Assembly (NCBI GenBank): GCA_963640185.1
Contig: CAVHXU010000010.1
Span: forward strand, 14,066-78,065
DNA: 64,000 nucleotides
DNA from: Lachnospiraceae bacterium
GTDB taxonomy: Bacteria > Bacteroidota > Bacteroidia > Bacteroidales > UBA932
Direction of reading: 5' to 3'
The notes beneath the pieces are model-generated. The model did no database searches and had not been told where the DNA came from. It saw only the letters and a program-made list of their open reading frames with translations. Both the position numbers and the translations under genes were made by a program. Below, one piece after another: positions 54,439 to 64,000 of this stretch (position 1 is the first letter of the stretch; every line of letters starts with the position of its first letter).

Positions 54439-55254
54439 CTAATAGTAATATATCGGATTATTGTTCTTTTCGGTAATGCGGACTGCAAAGGTAGGAAAAT
54501 TTTTCTTTAACAAGGAAAAGAAAATGTCAACTATGCCTATTTCGCTCTCATAATGCCCTATGTCGATAAGCATAAAGCCTTTCGGACAGAAAAAATGATG
54601 ATAGGAGATGTCTCCGCTGACGTAGGCCTGAGCCCCGCGCTGACGGGATGTTCCGATGAATTCCGAGCCGGAGCCGCCGCACATCGCCACCCGCGAGATG
54701 ACTCCCTCGACAGGTCTGGAGCAACGGGCGGATTTCAGGGAAAAGGCAGCCTTCACCCGGGCTATGAACTCCTCCGGGGCAAGAGGCTGCGGCAGGTCTC
54801 CGATCACCCCGAGCCCCGTCCTCTGGGGCTGCCCGCCGGCTATGCCGGAATCGCCGGGCTCTGGGCTCAGAATCTCCACATTCTCCAGGCCCAGCCTCTC
54901 CGCCATCGCGAAGCTCACGCCGCCGAGCACCTTGTCCGACGGAGTGTGTGAAGCATAGACGCTTATGCCCGCGGAAACCGCCTTGATGATGGCCGCGCCC
55001 GTCGGATCTGAAGGGAGAATCCTCTTTATGCCCTGGAAAATGAGGGGATGATGGGTGACTATGAGATTGGCCCCCATAGCCACGGCCTCGTCCACAAGGG
55101 TTTCCGTACAGTCGAGCCCCAGCAGAATGCCGGTGAGAGGGGCGGAGCTGTCTCCTATGCAGAGACCGCTGTTGTCCCAGTGTTCTTGAACCGAAAGAGG
55201 GGCGAAGTCTTCAAGCACCCGGACGACATCGGCTATCGTGACCTGTTTGTCCAT
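54439..55254 (-). CDS. Nif3-like dinuclear metal protein
   Basis: WDNSGL, THHPLIF, HTPSD, IGHYESE; start uncertain. Confidence 0.92.
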   Translation of the reverse strand: MDKQVTIADVVRVLEDFAPLSVQEHWDNSGLCIGDSSAPLTGILLGLDCTETLVDEAVAMGANLIVTHHPLIFQGIKRILPSDPTGAAIIKAVSAGISVYASHTPSDKVLGGVSFAMAERLGLENVEILSPEPGDSGIAGGQPQRTGLGVIGDLPQPLAPEEFIARVKAAFSLKSARCSRPVEGVISRVAMCGGSGSEFIGTSRQRGAQAYVSGDISYHHFFCPKGFMLIDIGHYESEIGIVDIFFSLLKKNFPTFAVRITEKNNNPIYYY

Positions 55255-55281
55255 AGTTTCCCGCATCATTGTCACTCAGCT

Positions 55282-55611
55282 TTACATTTCATCCTTTATG
55301 GAAACGAGCCTGCGGCGGATGGCGTAGAGGGCCTCCACTGCGCGGAGACGGTTCAGAGCCTCCCTGTCATTGCCGTCGAGACGCTTCGCCACACCCTCAA
55401 GGGTCAGTCCCTCCGACCTCACCAGCATATGGATGAGCTTGAAAGTCTCCACATCATCGGCCGAAAACAGGCGGTTGCCCTTGGCATTGCGGGCAGGACG
55501 GATGAATTTCGGGAAAGTGTCGCTCCAGAAACGGACCAGAGACGTGTTCTCGCCCAGAATCTTCGCCACCTCTCCGACGGAGTAGTAAAGCTTTGATGAT
55601 TGTCTTTCCAT
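55282..55611 (-). CDS. MerR-family HTH regulator
   Basis: KLYYSVGEVA...SLVRFW...GNRLF. Confidence 0.9.
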   Translation of the reverse strand: MERQSSKLYYSVGEVAKILGENTSLVRFWSDTFPKFIRPARNAKGNRLFSADDVETFKLIHMLVRSEGLTLEGVAKRLDGNDREALNRLRAVEALYAIRRRLVSIKDEM

Positions 55612-55624
55612 ATTGATTCAACGA

Positions 55625-56572
55625 TTAATCCATTGACTGTCCGGTGGATGCCGACATCACCAGCATATTGAGATAATCCTCGGGACGGACATCGGCAAAC
55701 AGGAAGTTCACCGGATCGACGGTCAAGGTGTCGCGGTGGACTTCATAATGGAGATGGGGCGCGAAACTGTTGCCGGACATCCCCACGGTGCCGACCACGC
55801 TCCCCCTTTTGACATTGCGTCCCTTGACGGCGTCTATCCGGGCCAGATGGGCATACACCGTCCTGTAGCCGCCCGGATGGGTGACGGTGACGGTGTTCCC
55901 CATACCCTTTCCGGAGCGGACCACGTCGCTCACCGTCCCGTCCGCGGTACAGAACACAGGCACGTCCGGAGAGACTATGATATCCAGACCGTTGTGACGG
56001 ACAGGAACCTTGTAGAAAGGATTGATCTTGTCTCCGGTCGAGGCGCTGACCTGAGAATAGTTCAGATTCTTCAGAGGAGAGCTGAGCGGCGGCAGGACCG
56101 TCCCCGGGGCGGAGATCTTCGCCATTATCGCCCGGAAATTCTCCTCAGTCCTGCCGGCCATCGCAAAGCAGCTGTCTATCTTTTCCCGGGCATATTTCAC
56201 GAAGTCGCTGTCACCCGCAGAGTCAAGGCCTTTCATCGCGGCGATCGAGGAGGTGGGGTCGATGTCCGGGGCCGCAGTATGGAAAACCCTGTTGTAAATC
56301 TCGTCATCCCTGTGCTTGAGCGAGCCCACCACATCGGAAAGCAGGTCGGCCTTCTCCTCCAGCTGCGGGATCTGCTCACGGTAGATGCGGTTCTGACGGC
56401 GGAGACGGGCTTCGGTCGGGGTGCTGAACACGAGAGCGAAGATGGCATAATACACGATGGACAGCGCCACTGAGGCAAGCAGCACCACCACAAGCCATTT
56501 CACGGCCTTGCGGAAAGTCAGCCTGTCCTTTTTCAGGTTCAGATTGTCCTTGTCGAAAACATACCTCCGCAT
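55625..56572 (-). CDS. M23 family peptidase
   Basis: HNGLD, YAHL, PHLHYEV. Confidence 0.93.
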   Translation of the reverse strand: MRRYVFDKDNLNLKKDRLTFRKAVKWLVVVLLASVALSIVYYAIFALVFSTPTEARLRRQNRIYREQIPQLEEKADLLSDVVGSLKHRDDEIYNRVFHTAAPDIDPTSSIAAMKGLDSAGDSDFVKYAREKIDSCFAMAGRTEENFRAIMAKISAPGTVLPPLSSPLKNLNYSQVSASTGDKINPFYKVPVRHNGLDIIVSPDVPVFCTADGTVSDVVRSGKGMGNTVTVTHPGGYRTVYAHLARIDAVKGRNVKRGSVVGTVGMSGNSFAPHLHYEVHRDTLTVDPVNFLFADVRPEDYLNMLVMSASTGQSMD

Positions 56573-56575
56573 CGC

Positions 56576-57589
56576 CTATTTCCTCTTGCGCCTGTGGCTC
56601 GGATGCACCGTCACCCTGCCGGACAGATCCTCCGTGAGATTGACCATACTCGCATACTCCTGCGGCGACATATCCAGATCCAGATAGTTGATGGGATTGA
56701 TGGGAGCGCCCTTGTAGATGACCTCGTAGTGGAGGTGCGAACCTGTTGACTTGCCGCTGTTGCCGACTGCGCCGATGCACTCTCCCCTCTTGATCTTCAT
56801 ACCCTCGGCGACCGCTATGTAACTCAGATGGGCATAGCGTGTCCTGTAGCCGAATCCGTGGTCGATGACAATCTGGTTGCCATAGCCGAAAAGCTCGAAC
56901 TTCACGCTCTCCACCACGCCGTCGCCGGTGGCATAGACGGGATTGCCGGTTTTGGTCGCGAGGTCGATGCCGGTATGCCGCGCTATGCCGCCCCACTTGG
57001 GGTCGGTCCTGTAGCCGAACGTGCTTGACAGTCTGAACGTCCTGCGGTCGGGATTGATAGGCGGTATGGCAGGTATGCAGGAAGCCATATCCCCGGCTCT
57101 CTTAGACAGGCCCGAGACCTCGTCGAAAGAACGGGACTGCACATAGCTCATCTTGCTGAGACGGTCGATCCTCATCACTGCACTGCGGAAGTCATCGCCC
57201 AGATCCGGATTGGAAAGCCAGTCGTAACGGTTCACTCCGCCGAAACCGGCATTCCTGACCTCGGGAGAGATGGTGTTGAGACCGAAAATGGAGCGGTATA
57301 TGTCGTCGTCGCGCATCCTGAGAATCTCCAGCTCACCCTCGCATCCGTCCAACTGCCTGCCCAGCATATCGATACGGGACACCAGACGGGCGTTTTCCTT
57401 GCGGAGAAGCGCGGTCTTGGGCAGTTCCATCCCGAGCACCGAAGTGTACAGCCAGAAATATAGTGAGGCCAGGGCGAGACTCAGGGAAAAATACAGTACG
57501 GAGCGCAGAACCTTCGACCCGGTCGACGTTTTCTGCACCTCGTAGGACAATGTCCTGGGATTGAAAATGTATTTTTTACGAGCGCCCAT
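56576..57589 (-). CDS. M23 family peptidase
   Basis: HTGID, YAHL, STGSHLHYEV. Confidence 0.94.
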   Translation of the reverse strand: MGARKKYIFNPRTLSYEVQKTSTGSKVLRSVLYFSLSLALASLYFWLYTSVLGMELPKTALLRKENARLVSRIDMLGRQLDGCEGELEILRMRDDDIYRSIFGLNTISPEVRNAGFGGVNRYDWLSNPDLGDDFRSAVMRIDRLSKMSYVQSRSFDEVSGLSKRAGDMASCIPAIPPINPDRRTFRLSSTFGYRTDPKWGGIARHTGIDLATKTGNPVYATGDGVVESVKFELFGYGNQIVIDHGFGYRTRYAHLSYIAVAEGMKIKRGECIGAVGNSGKSTGSHLHYEVIYKGAPINPINYLDLDMSPQEYASMVNLTEDLSGRVTVHPSHRRKRK

Positions 57590-57704
57590 ATCGGGCAAAT
57601 ATACGGCTTTTTGATAAAAATAAAAAATGTTGTAATTTCGCAGACTGTTTGCGTCCGGCCCTCCGGGCTTCCGGGCCTCCGAAAGAGTATAGAAACAACA
57701 GAAT

Positions 57705-60326
57705 ATGATGACTGCAAAGGAAATAAGGAAAGCCTATCTTGACTTTTTCGCATCAAAGGGACACACCGTTGTCCCGTCTGCACCTATGGTCGTGAAGAAC
57801 GACCCCACGCTGATGTTCACCAACGCCGGGATGAACCAGTTCAAGGACTGGCTTCTGGGCAACAGCCCCGCACCTTTCCAGCGTGCCACGGACTCCCAGA
57901 AGTGCCTGCGTGTCAGCGGAAAGCACAATGATTTGGAGGAAGTGGGGCACGACACGTACCACCACACGATGTTTGAGATGCTCGGCAACTGGAGCTTCGG
58001 CGACTATTTCAAGAAAGAAGCCATAGACTGGGCCTGGGAGCTGCTCACGGAGGTCTATAAGATCAGCCCCGACATCCTCTACGCCACCGTGTTCGAGGGA
58101 TCTGCGGAAGACGGGACTGGCCTTGACACCGAGGCCGAAGCACAATGGCTCACCCACCTGCCGGCAGACAGGGTGCTGCTCGGCAACAAGCACGACAATT
58201 TCTGGGAAATGGGCGACACGGGTCCCTGCGGCCCCTGCTCGGAGATCCACGTCGACCTCCGGAGCGAGGAGGAGAAAAAGGCTGTTCCGGGGCGCGACCT
58301 CGTGAATCAGGGACACCCGCTTGTCATCGAGATCTGGAATCTCGTGTTTATGCAGTTCAACCGCAAGGCCGACGGCTCCCTGGAGGAGCTGCCGCACCGC
58401 AACATAGACACAGGAATGGGCTTCGAACGCCTCTGTATGACGCTTCAGGGCAAGAAGAGCAACTACGACACGGACGTGTTCACCGGGATGATCTCCCGCA
58501 TCAGTTCGCTGTCCGGCCACAAGTACGGCGAGAACGCCGACACCGATGTGGCTATGAGGGTGATAGCGGATCACATCCGCGCCATAGCATTCTCGATTGC
58601 GGACGGCCAGCTGCCGTCCAATGTCAAGGCCGGCTATGTCATCAGACGCATCCTCCGCCGCGCAGTGCGCTACGGCTACACTTTCCTCGGCTTCAACGAG
58701 CCGTTCCTCTGCCGTCTGGTGCAGCAGCTGATCGACGATATGGGGGATTTCTATCCGGAGATCCCAGCCCAGCAGCAGCTCATAGAGAAAGTCATCCGCG
58801 AGGAGGAACTTGCGTTCCTGCGCACTTTGGACAGAGGCATCAAGCTGATTGACAACATTATGGAGAAATGCTCCGACACCAAGGTCATATCAGGCGCCGA
58901 CGCGTTCACACTCTACGACACTTTCGGATTCCCGATAGACCTGAGCGAACTCATCGCCTCGGAGAAGGGCTACACCATCGACATCGACGGCTTCAATGTC
59001 GAGCTCCGGAAACAGAAGGAGCGCGCCCGCAACGCCACCGCCAACGAGTTCGGCGACTGGCACGAGTTCCACAAGTGCGAGGAGGTAGAGTTCACCGGCT
59101 ATGACAGCACGGAGTGTGAAGACTCGCTTCTGGCACGCTACAGGATAGTCCGGCAGAAGAACCGTGAAATGATACAGCTCGTGTTCGACCGCACGCCGTT
59201 CTACGGAGAAATGGGAGGCGAGGTCGGAGACAGCGGCTACATCGAGGCCGCGGACGGAGAGCGCATCAACATCCTCAACACTGTCAAGGAGAACAACCTG
59301 ACGATTCACATAGCGGACAAGGTGCCTGCGGACTGCGCGGGCCGGTTCAGACTCCACGTTGACGCTGAGAGGAGGACCCGCATCGAGAACAACCACACGG
59401 CCACCCACCTTCTCGACTTCACCCTGAGGGAGATCCTCGGGACTCACGTCGAGCAGAAGGGCTCGTATGTCACTCCGGACTACCTCCGTTTCGACTTCTC
59501 GCATTTCGAAAAGCTCAGCGACGCCCAGATCGACGCCGTGGAGAAGAGAGTCAATGCGCTCATCCGCGCCGACAGCCACCTGCAGGAAAAACGCGACGCG
59601 ACTATGGACGAGGCGCACGGGATGGGAGCCATCGCGCTGTTCGGCGAAAAATACGGCGACAGGGTGAGAGTGGTGAAGTTCGGAGACAGCGTAGAGCTCT
59701 GCGGAGGCTGCCACGCCTCCTCGACGGGCCGCATCGGATACTTCAAGATTGTCTCCGAGGGTGCCATCGCAGCCGGAATACGCCGTATCGAGGCGCGCAC
59801 AGGACTCGCGGCAGAGCAGCTCGTTGACGATATGCAGAGCTCGCTCCACGAGGCGAAAGCCCTGTTCAACAACGCGCCCGACCTTGCCGGAAGCATACGC
59901 AGGATCCTTGAGGAAAACGAGGCTTACAGAAAGGAAGCCGAGAAAGTCGCCAAGGAGAAAGCGGCAGCCTACGGACAGGTGGTGGAGAATTCGGCGAAAA
60001 CGGTTGACGGAATGAGAATTGCTGTCATAGACAAGGCTGACCCGACTCTGCTCAGGAATGCGGCGTTTATGCTCCAGAAAGAGGCGCGGAACCTCGCGGT
60101 CATCGCCGCCATCGAGCAGGACGGCAAGCCGCAGCTCCTGCTGATGTATTCCGCAGACCTCGTGGAGGCCGGACACAATGCCACCGTTGACATCAAGGCG
60201 GCGGCAAAGGCCATCCAGGGAGGCGGAGGCGGACAGCCGGGACTGGCCACCGCGGGCGGACGAAACGCAGCCGGGCTCAGGGAGGCGTCGGAGATTATGC
60301 TCGCCGCCCTGACAGGCAAAAAATAA
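57705..60326 (+). CDS. alaS: Alanyl-tRNA synthetase
   Basis: [38 protein letters not shown]. Confidence 0.99.
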   Translation: MMTAKEIRKAYLDFFASKGHTVVPSAPMVVKNDPTLMFTNAGMNQFKDWLLGNSPAPFQRATDSQKCLRVSGKHNDLEEVGHDTYHHTMFEMLGNWSFGDYFKKEAIDWAWELLTEVYKISPDILYATVFEGSAEDGTGLDTEAEAQWLTHLPADRVLLGNKHDNFWEMGDTGPCGPCSEIHVDLRSEEEKKAVPGRDLVNQGHPLVIEIWNLVFMQFNRKADGSLEELPHRNIDTGMGFERLCMTLQGKKSNYDTDVFTGMISRISSLSGHKYGENADTDVAMRVIADHIRAIAFSIADGQLPSNVKAGYVIRRILRRAVRYGYTFLGFNEPFLCRLVQQLIDDMGDFYPEIPAQQQLIEKVIREEELAFLRTLDRGIKLIDNIMEKCSDTKVISGADAFTLYDTFGFPIDLSELIASEKGYTIDIDGFNVELRKQKERARNATANEFGDWHEFHKCEEVEFTGYDSTECEDSLLARYRIVRQKNREMIQLVFDRTPFYGEMGGEVGDSGYIEAADGERINILNTVKENNLTIHIADKVPADCAGRFRLHVDAERRTRIENNHTATHLLDFTLREILGTHVEQKGSYVTPDYLRFDFSHFEKLSDAQIDAVEKRVNALIRADSHLQEKRDATMDEAHGMGAIALFGEKYGDRVRVVKFGDSVELCGGCHASSTGRIGYFKIVSEGAIAAGIRRIEARTGLAAEQLVDDMQSSLHEAKALFNNAPDLAGSIRRILEENEAYRKEAEKVAKEKAAAYGQVVENSAKTVDGMRIAVIDKADPTLLRNAAFMLQKEARNLAVIAAIEQDGKPQLLLMYSADLVEAGHNATVDIKAAAKAIQGGGGGQPGLATAGGRNAAGLREASEIMLAALTGKK

Positions 60327-60335
60327 TTCTCCTGA

Positions 60336-62747
60336 ATGAAGAAACTCGACCGCTTCATACTCAAATCCTTTATCGGGCCGTTTATCGCGATACTTTTCAT
60401 CGTGATATTCATCCTGATGATGCAGTTCTTGTGGCTGTACATCGATGAGTTGGTCGGCAAAGGATTGAGTCTGAAAGTCATAGCCGAGTTTCTGATGTGG
60501 GGCAGCTGCACGCTTCTGCCCCTTTCCCTGCCCCTGGCGACCCTGCTGTCCTCGATGATGACGCTCGGAGCCATGGGCGAGAACTATGAGCTTCTGGCCA
60601 TCAAGGCCGCCGGCATTTCCCTCAGAAGAGTGCTTGTGCCTCTGGGGCTCGCCTGCACCGTCATAAGCATAGCGGCATTCTTCATAGCGAACAACCTCAT
60701 TCCGGTGGCTTACAACGAGATCTACACTCTCCGCGACGACATAGGCCGGACCAAGGAGGAAATCAAGATTCCGACAGGCACGTTCTACGACGGCATCGAG
60801 GGATATATTCTGCGCGTCAACAGCCGCAACGACGAGACCGGAATGATGTACGGGGTGATGGTGTATGACCACACGGGCAACAAAGGCAACACCAGCCTGA
60901 CCATAGCCGACTCCGCGATGATCAAGATGTCGGAGGACAAGAGCTACCTGACCTTCATCCTCTACGACGGGTCCAACTACGAGGAGACCAACACGAAAAG
61001 ATACCGCGACACCACCCTCCAGCTGCAGACCATCGAATTCCACAAACAGGATCTCGTCATTCCGCTGGAGAACTACGCGTTCCACAAGTCCGACTCAACC
61101 CGCTACAGCGATCAGGTCAAGTCGATGGGGCTCAAGGAGCTGCGCTACGGCAAGGACTCCATCGGAGCTCTGCGACACGACACTTGGGAGAGCAATTTCC
61201 GGTCGCTCAACGGCTCCCGGTCAGAACTTCGCTACTGGTCCCAGATAGACACGGCGGGAAGAAAGAAATGCCACAGTGACATCACCGACCACATCGCGGA
61301 CGCCGGGGAATGGACAGACACGGACAAGGAGATCAGCGCCGTCGAGAAGGCGATGGACTCTGCCAGGGACCTCAAGGAGACGCTCTCGATGTACGGCCGC
61401 GACACTATGTACAACGACAGGGTGCTGAGGAACATCGATATGGAGATTCTCGGCAAATTCGCCCTGTCGCTCGCCTGCCTCATATTCTTCTTCATCGGCG
61501 CGCCTCTGGGCTCGCTCATCAGGAAAGGAGGACTCGGTGCTTCGGCCATCATCTCCGTGCTTTTCTTCGTGGCTTACTGGGTGATAGACATTTCCGGCAA
61601 GAAACTGGCCCGGGACGGCGCGATCGCTCCGTGGATAGGCGTGTTCATCTCAAGCTTTGTCCTCGGACCTACGGGAATCTATCTGACCTGGAAAGCGGTA
61701 AATGACTCAAGTTTCATCAATATGGACGGGATAAAGAGCGGTTTGAGAAAGGTGAGGACATTTATAGTCAACATCTTCAAGAAAGACAGGATAGTGTTTA
61801 TGGGCACGCCGGAGATTGCGGTGGAGTCCCTCGACCTTCTGGTGCGGAAAGGCTACAAGGTGGTCGGAGTGGTGACCGTCGCCGACAAACCGAGCGGACG
61901 GGGGCTCAAGATGAACGAGAGCGCGGTCAAAAAATATGCGGTAGAGCACAAGATACCGGTGCTGCAGCCCGTTTCCCTGAAGGACGAGGGATTCCTGAAT
62001 GCGCTGAAAGCGTGGAAGCCTGACCTCTTTGTGGTGGTGGCGTTCCGTCTGCTTCCGGAAGCGGTGTGGAGCATCCCTCACAGAGGCACGTTCAACCTGC
62101 ACGCCGCCCTGCTCCCGCAGTACAGAGGAGCCGCCCCTATCAACTGGGCGATAATCAACGGCGAGAAGATGACCGGAGTCACCACGTTTATGATAGACAA
62201 AGGGGTGGACACCGGCAAGATAATGTACCGCGAACAATGCCGCATAGAGGAGACTGACACGGCCGGCACCCTGCACGACAAGCTCGCCAGAATCGGAGCC
62301 GAACTGGTCGTGAACACCACCGAGGCCATCATCGAGGGTTCTGTGGAGTTCAGGGTGCAGCGCAGCTTCATCCAGGGCTCCGAAGTGCTGAAGCCGGCTC
62401 CGAAAATCACCACGGAGATGTGCCGCATAGACTGGAACAGGCCGGCTGAGAATGTCTATGACTTCATCAGGGGACTGAGCCCGTGTCCGGCGGCCTATAC
62501 GGAACTGGTCAGAGACGGGGAAACTCCTCACATTCTGAAAGTTTACTTCGGAGAGAAACGCTACGGCGAAGAATGGAACGCCGCTCCCGGCACAATACTG
62601 TCCGACGGCAGGACCTATCTGGCAGTCGCGGTATCCGACGGTGCCGTCGCTCTGACGGACATACAGCTGTCAGGCAAGAAAAGGATGGATGTCAAGGCAT
62701 TCCTCGCGGGATTCAGAGACTTGGACAAATGGTCGATAAAGCTATGA
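60336..62747 (+). CDS. LptF/LptG-family permease fused in frame to methionyl-tRNA formyltransferase (Fmt)
   Basis: N-terminal ~480 aa: MKKLDRFILKSFIGPF, ELLAIKAAGISL, FFFIGAPLG..IRKGG; C-terminal: RIVFMGTPE, NLHAALLPQYRGAAPINWA, GKKRM. Confidence 0.9.
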   Translation: MKKLDRFILKSFIGPFIAILFIVIFILMMQFLWLYIDELVGKGLSLKVIAEFLMWGSCTLLPLSLPLATLLSSMMTLGAMGENYELLAIKAAGISLRRVLVPLGLACTVISIAAFFIANNLIPVAYNEIYTLRDDIGRTKEEIKIPTGTFYDGIEGYILRVNSRNDETGMMYGVMVYDHTGNKGNTSLTIADSAMIKMSEDKSYLTFILYDGSNYEETNTKRYRDTTLQLQTIEFHKQDLVIPLENYAFHKSDSTRYSDQVKSMGLKELRYGKDSIGALRHDTWESNFRSLNGSRSELRYWSQIDTAGRKKCHSDITDHIADAGEWTDTDKEISAVEKAMDSARDLKETLSMYGRDTMYNDRVLRNIDMEILGKFALSLACLIFFFIGAPLGSLIRKGGLGASAIISVLFFVAYWVIDISGKKLARDGAIAPWIGVFISSFVLGPTGIYLTWKAVNDSSFINMDGIKSGLRKVRTFIVNIFKKDRIVFMGTPEIAVESLDLLVRKGYKVVGVVTVADKPSGRGLKMNESAVKKYAVEHKIPVLQPVSLKDEGFLNALKAWKPDLFVVVAFRLLPEAVWSIPHRGTFNLHAALLPQYRGAAPINWAIINGEKMTGVTTFMIDKGVDTGKIMYREQCRIEETDTAGTLHDKLARIGAELVVNTTEAIIEGSVEFRVQRSFIQGSEVLKPAPKITTEMCRIDWNRPAENVYDFIRGLSPCPAAYTELVRDGETPHILKVYFGEKRYGEEWNAAPGTILSDGRTYLAVAVSDGAVALTDIQLSGKKRMDVKAFLAGFRDLDKWSIKL

Positions 62748-63424
62748 CTGTGACTATAATAGCCGACGGGGACTTCCCCACGGCAGAGTATCCCCGCTAC
62801 CTGGTGGGGAGCGCCGATGCGGTGGTGTGCTGTGACGGAGCTCTGGAGCCGTTTCTGAGGGAAAGTCAGGACATCTTCGGAGAACGGCGGCTTCCGGATG
62901 CGGTGGTGGGCGATATGGACACGCTGCCCACCGGAATGCAGAAGGAGTATGAGGACATCATCGTCAAGGTGGACGAACAGGACTACAACGATCTCACCAA
63001 GGCATTCCGCTACACCCTGTCACGCTATCCTTCAGTGTCCGAGATCCACATCGTGGGGGCTACCGGGAAGCGGGAGGACCACACCATAGCCAATGTCTCG
63101 CTGCTGATGGAATATGCGAGGGCTTGCAGGGGTGAAGGTCCGCTTGCCCTGACTCCGCCCCGGGATATCCGTATGGATATGGTATCTGACCGGACGACTA
63201 TGTTCGCTATGGCCGGCTCCGGCGAGTTCGACTGCGGAGAGGGCAGGAGCGTGTCCCTGTTCAGTCCGGATCCGACTCTGCAAATCGTCTCGGAGGGGCT
63301 TGAGTGGCCTCTGGAGGGCGTGAAGCTTGACAACTGGTGGAGGGCGAGCCTCAACAGGGCCACCGCCGATACGGTCAGGCTGCGCTTCAGCCATCCTGCG
63401 GTGGTTCTGATAGTTCTCAATTGA
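62744..63424 (+). CDS. thiN: Thiamine pyrophosphokinase
   Basis: VCCDGA, VGDMD, EQD.NDLTKA, GATGKREDH; ATG at 62744 overlaps the upstream stop. Confidence 0.92.
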   Translation: MTVTIIADGDFPTAEYPRYLVGSADAVVCCDGALEPFLRESQDIFGERRLPDAVVGDMDTLPTGMQKEYEDIIVKVDEQDYNDLTKAFRYTLSRYPSVSEIHIVGATGKREDHTIANVSLLMEYARACRGEGPLALTPPRDIRMDMVSDRTTMFAMAGSGEFDCGEGRSVSLFSPDPTLQIVSEGLEWPLEGVKLDNWWRASLNRATADTVRLRFSHPAVVLIVLN

Positions 63425-63451
63425 CAATCGGACAGTTACAACTAAAATATT

Positions 63452-64000
63452 ATGGAAGAGAAACATTATTTTCCTAAATGCGAAGACATTGAAAAGGCTT
63501 CGGAAAGACTGAAAGAGATACTCGGCCCTACACCGCTGCAGCTCAACCGGTATTATTCGACGGTTTATGATTGTTCCGTCTATCTCAAGAGGGAGGATCT
63601 GCAGATGGTCCGCTCCTACAAGATACGCGGGGCATATAACAAGATCCGCAGTCTCGGCCCCAAGGCGCTGAAACACGGCATAGTCTGCGCTTCGGCCGGC
63701 AACCACGCCCAGGGTGTGGCGTTTTCCTGCGACAAGCTGAAGATTATGGGGTCCATCTATATGCCTGTGACCACTCCCCGTCAGAAAATCGATGCGGTGA
63801 GTATGTTCGGAAAGCAGTATGTGGACATAGTCCTCACGGGGGACACTTTCGATGAGGCCAATGCCGCGGCCATCGAGTATGCGAAAAAGAGCGAAAAGAC
63901 ATTCATCCCGCCTTTCGACGACGAGAAGATCATCGAGGGACAGGGCACGATAGGTTATGAGCTCACTCAGCAGTGCGATGAGCCGCTCGATATGGTGTTC
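63452..64000 (+). CDS. ilvA: Threonine ammonia-lyase (partial, runs off the window end)
   Basis: Manual translation: TPLQ...YLKREDLQMVRSYKIRGAYN...CASAGNHAQGVA...PPFDD...GQGT. Confidence 0.95.
   Translation, partial: MEEKHYFPKCEDIEKASERLKEILGPTPLQLNRYYSTVYDCSVYLKREDLQMVRSYKIRGAYNKIRSLGPKALKHGIVCASAGNHAQGVAFSCDKLKIMGSIYMPVTTPRQKIDAVSMFGKQYVDIVLTGDTFDEANAAAIEYAKKSEKTFIPPFDDEKIIEGQGTIGYELTQQCDEPLDMVF

Noticed and set aside
58890..61085. 731-aa minus-strand ORF and other long antisense ORFs (e.g. 7977-9479, 27877-29040, 52239-53432)
   Set aside because: Shadows of well-supported genes on the opposite strand, expected with GC-rich codon usage; no recognisable motifs
62483..62743. N-terminal extension of the thiamine pyrophosphokinase ORF
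   Set aside because: Overlaps the Fmt domain; a coupled ATG exists at 62744

Overview
Bacteroidales chromosome segment. Evidence: TAnnTTTG promoter boxes, AT-rich translation starts without Shine-Dalgarno motifs, and typical Bacteroidota genes. The GC-rich background suggests a gut lineage such as RC9/Ca. Cryptobacteroides (inference only). Positions 1-22.5 kb hold a minus-strand Wzx/Wzy surface-polysaccharide locus: two OmpA genes, HAD phosphatase, Wzx, pyruvyl transferase, GT2/GT8/GT4 genes, Wzy, priming transferase, a PqqD + nucleotidyltransferase + HPr-kinase-like trio, Wza and a partial Wzc. The rest is a TonB-dependent receptor/OB-fold lipoprotein pair followed by housekeeping genes (metK, smpB, miaA, trmB, ricT, holB, trxA, RND pump, lgt, pgk, rnf operon, dnaB, alaS, ilvA). 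The most unusual signal is a ~460-bp cassette present twice (14622-15081 and 15995-16464), antisense within the glycosyltransferase array. Each copy has a promoter, a structurally conserved but sequence-divergent leader with a terminator-like hairpin, an unannotated 49/50-aa basic ORF with two VRxH(F/Y)R motifs, and a terminator. The GT2 gene between the copies carries a G8 tract. An in-frame LptF-Fmt fusion is also notable.
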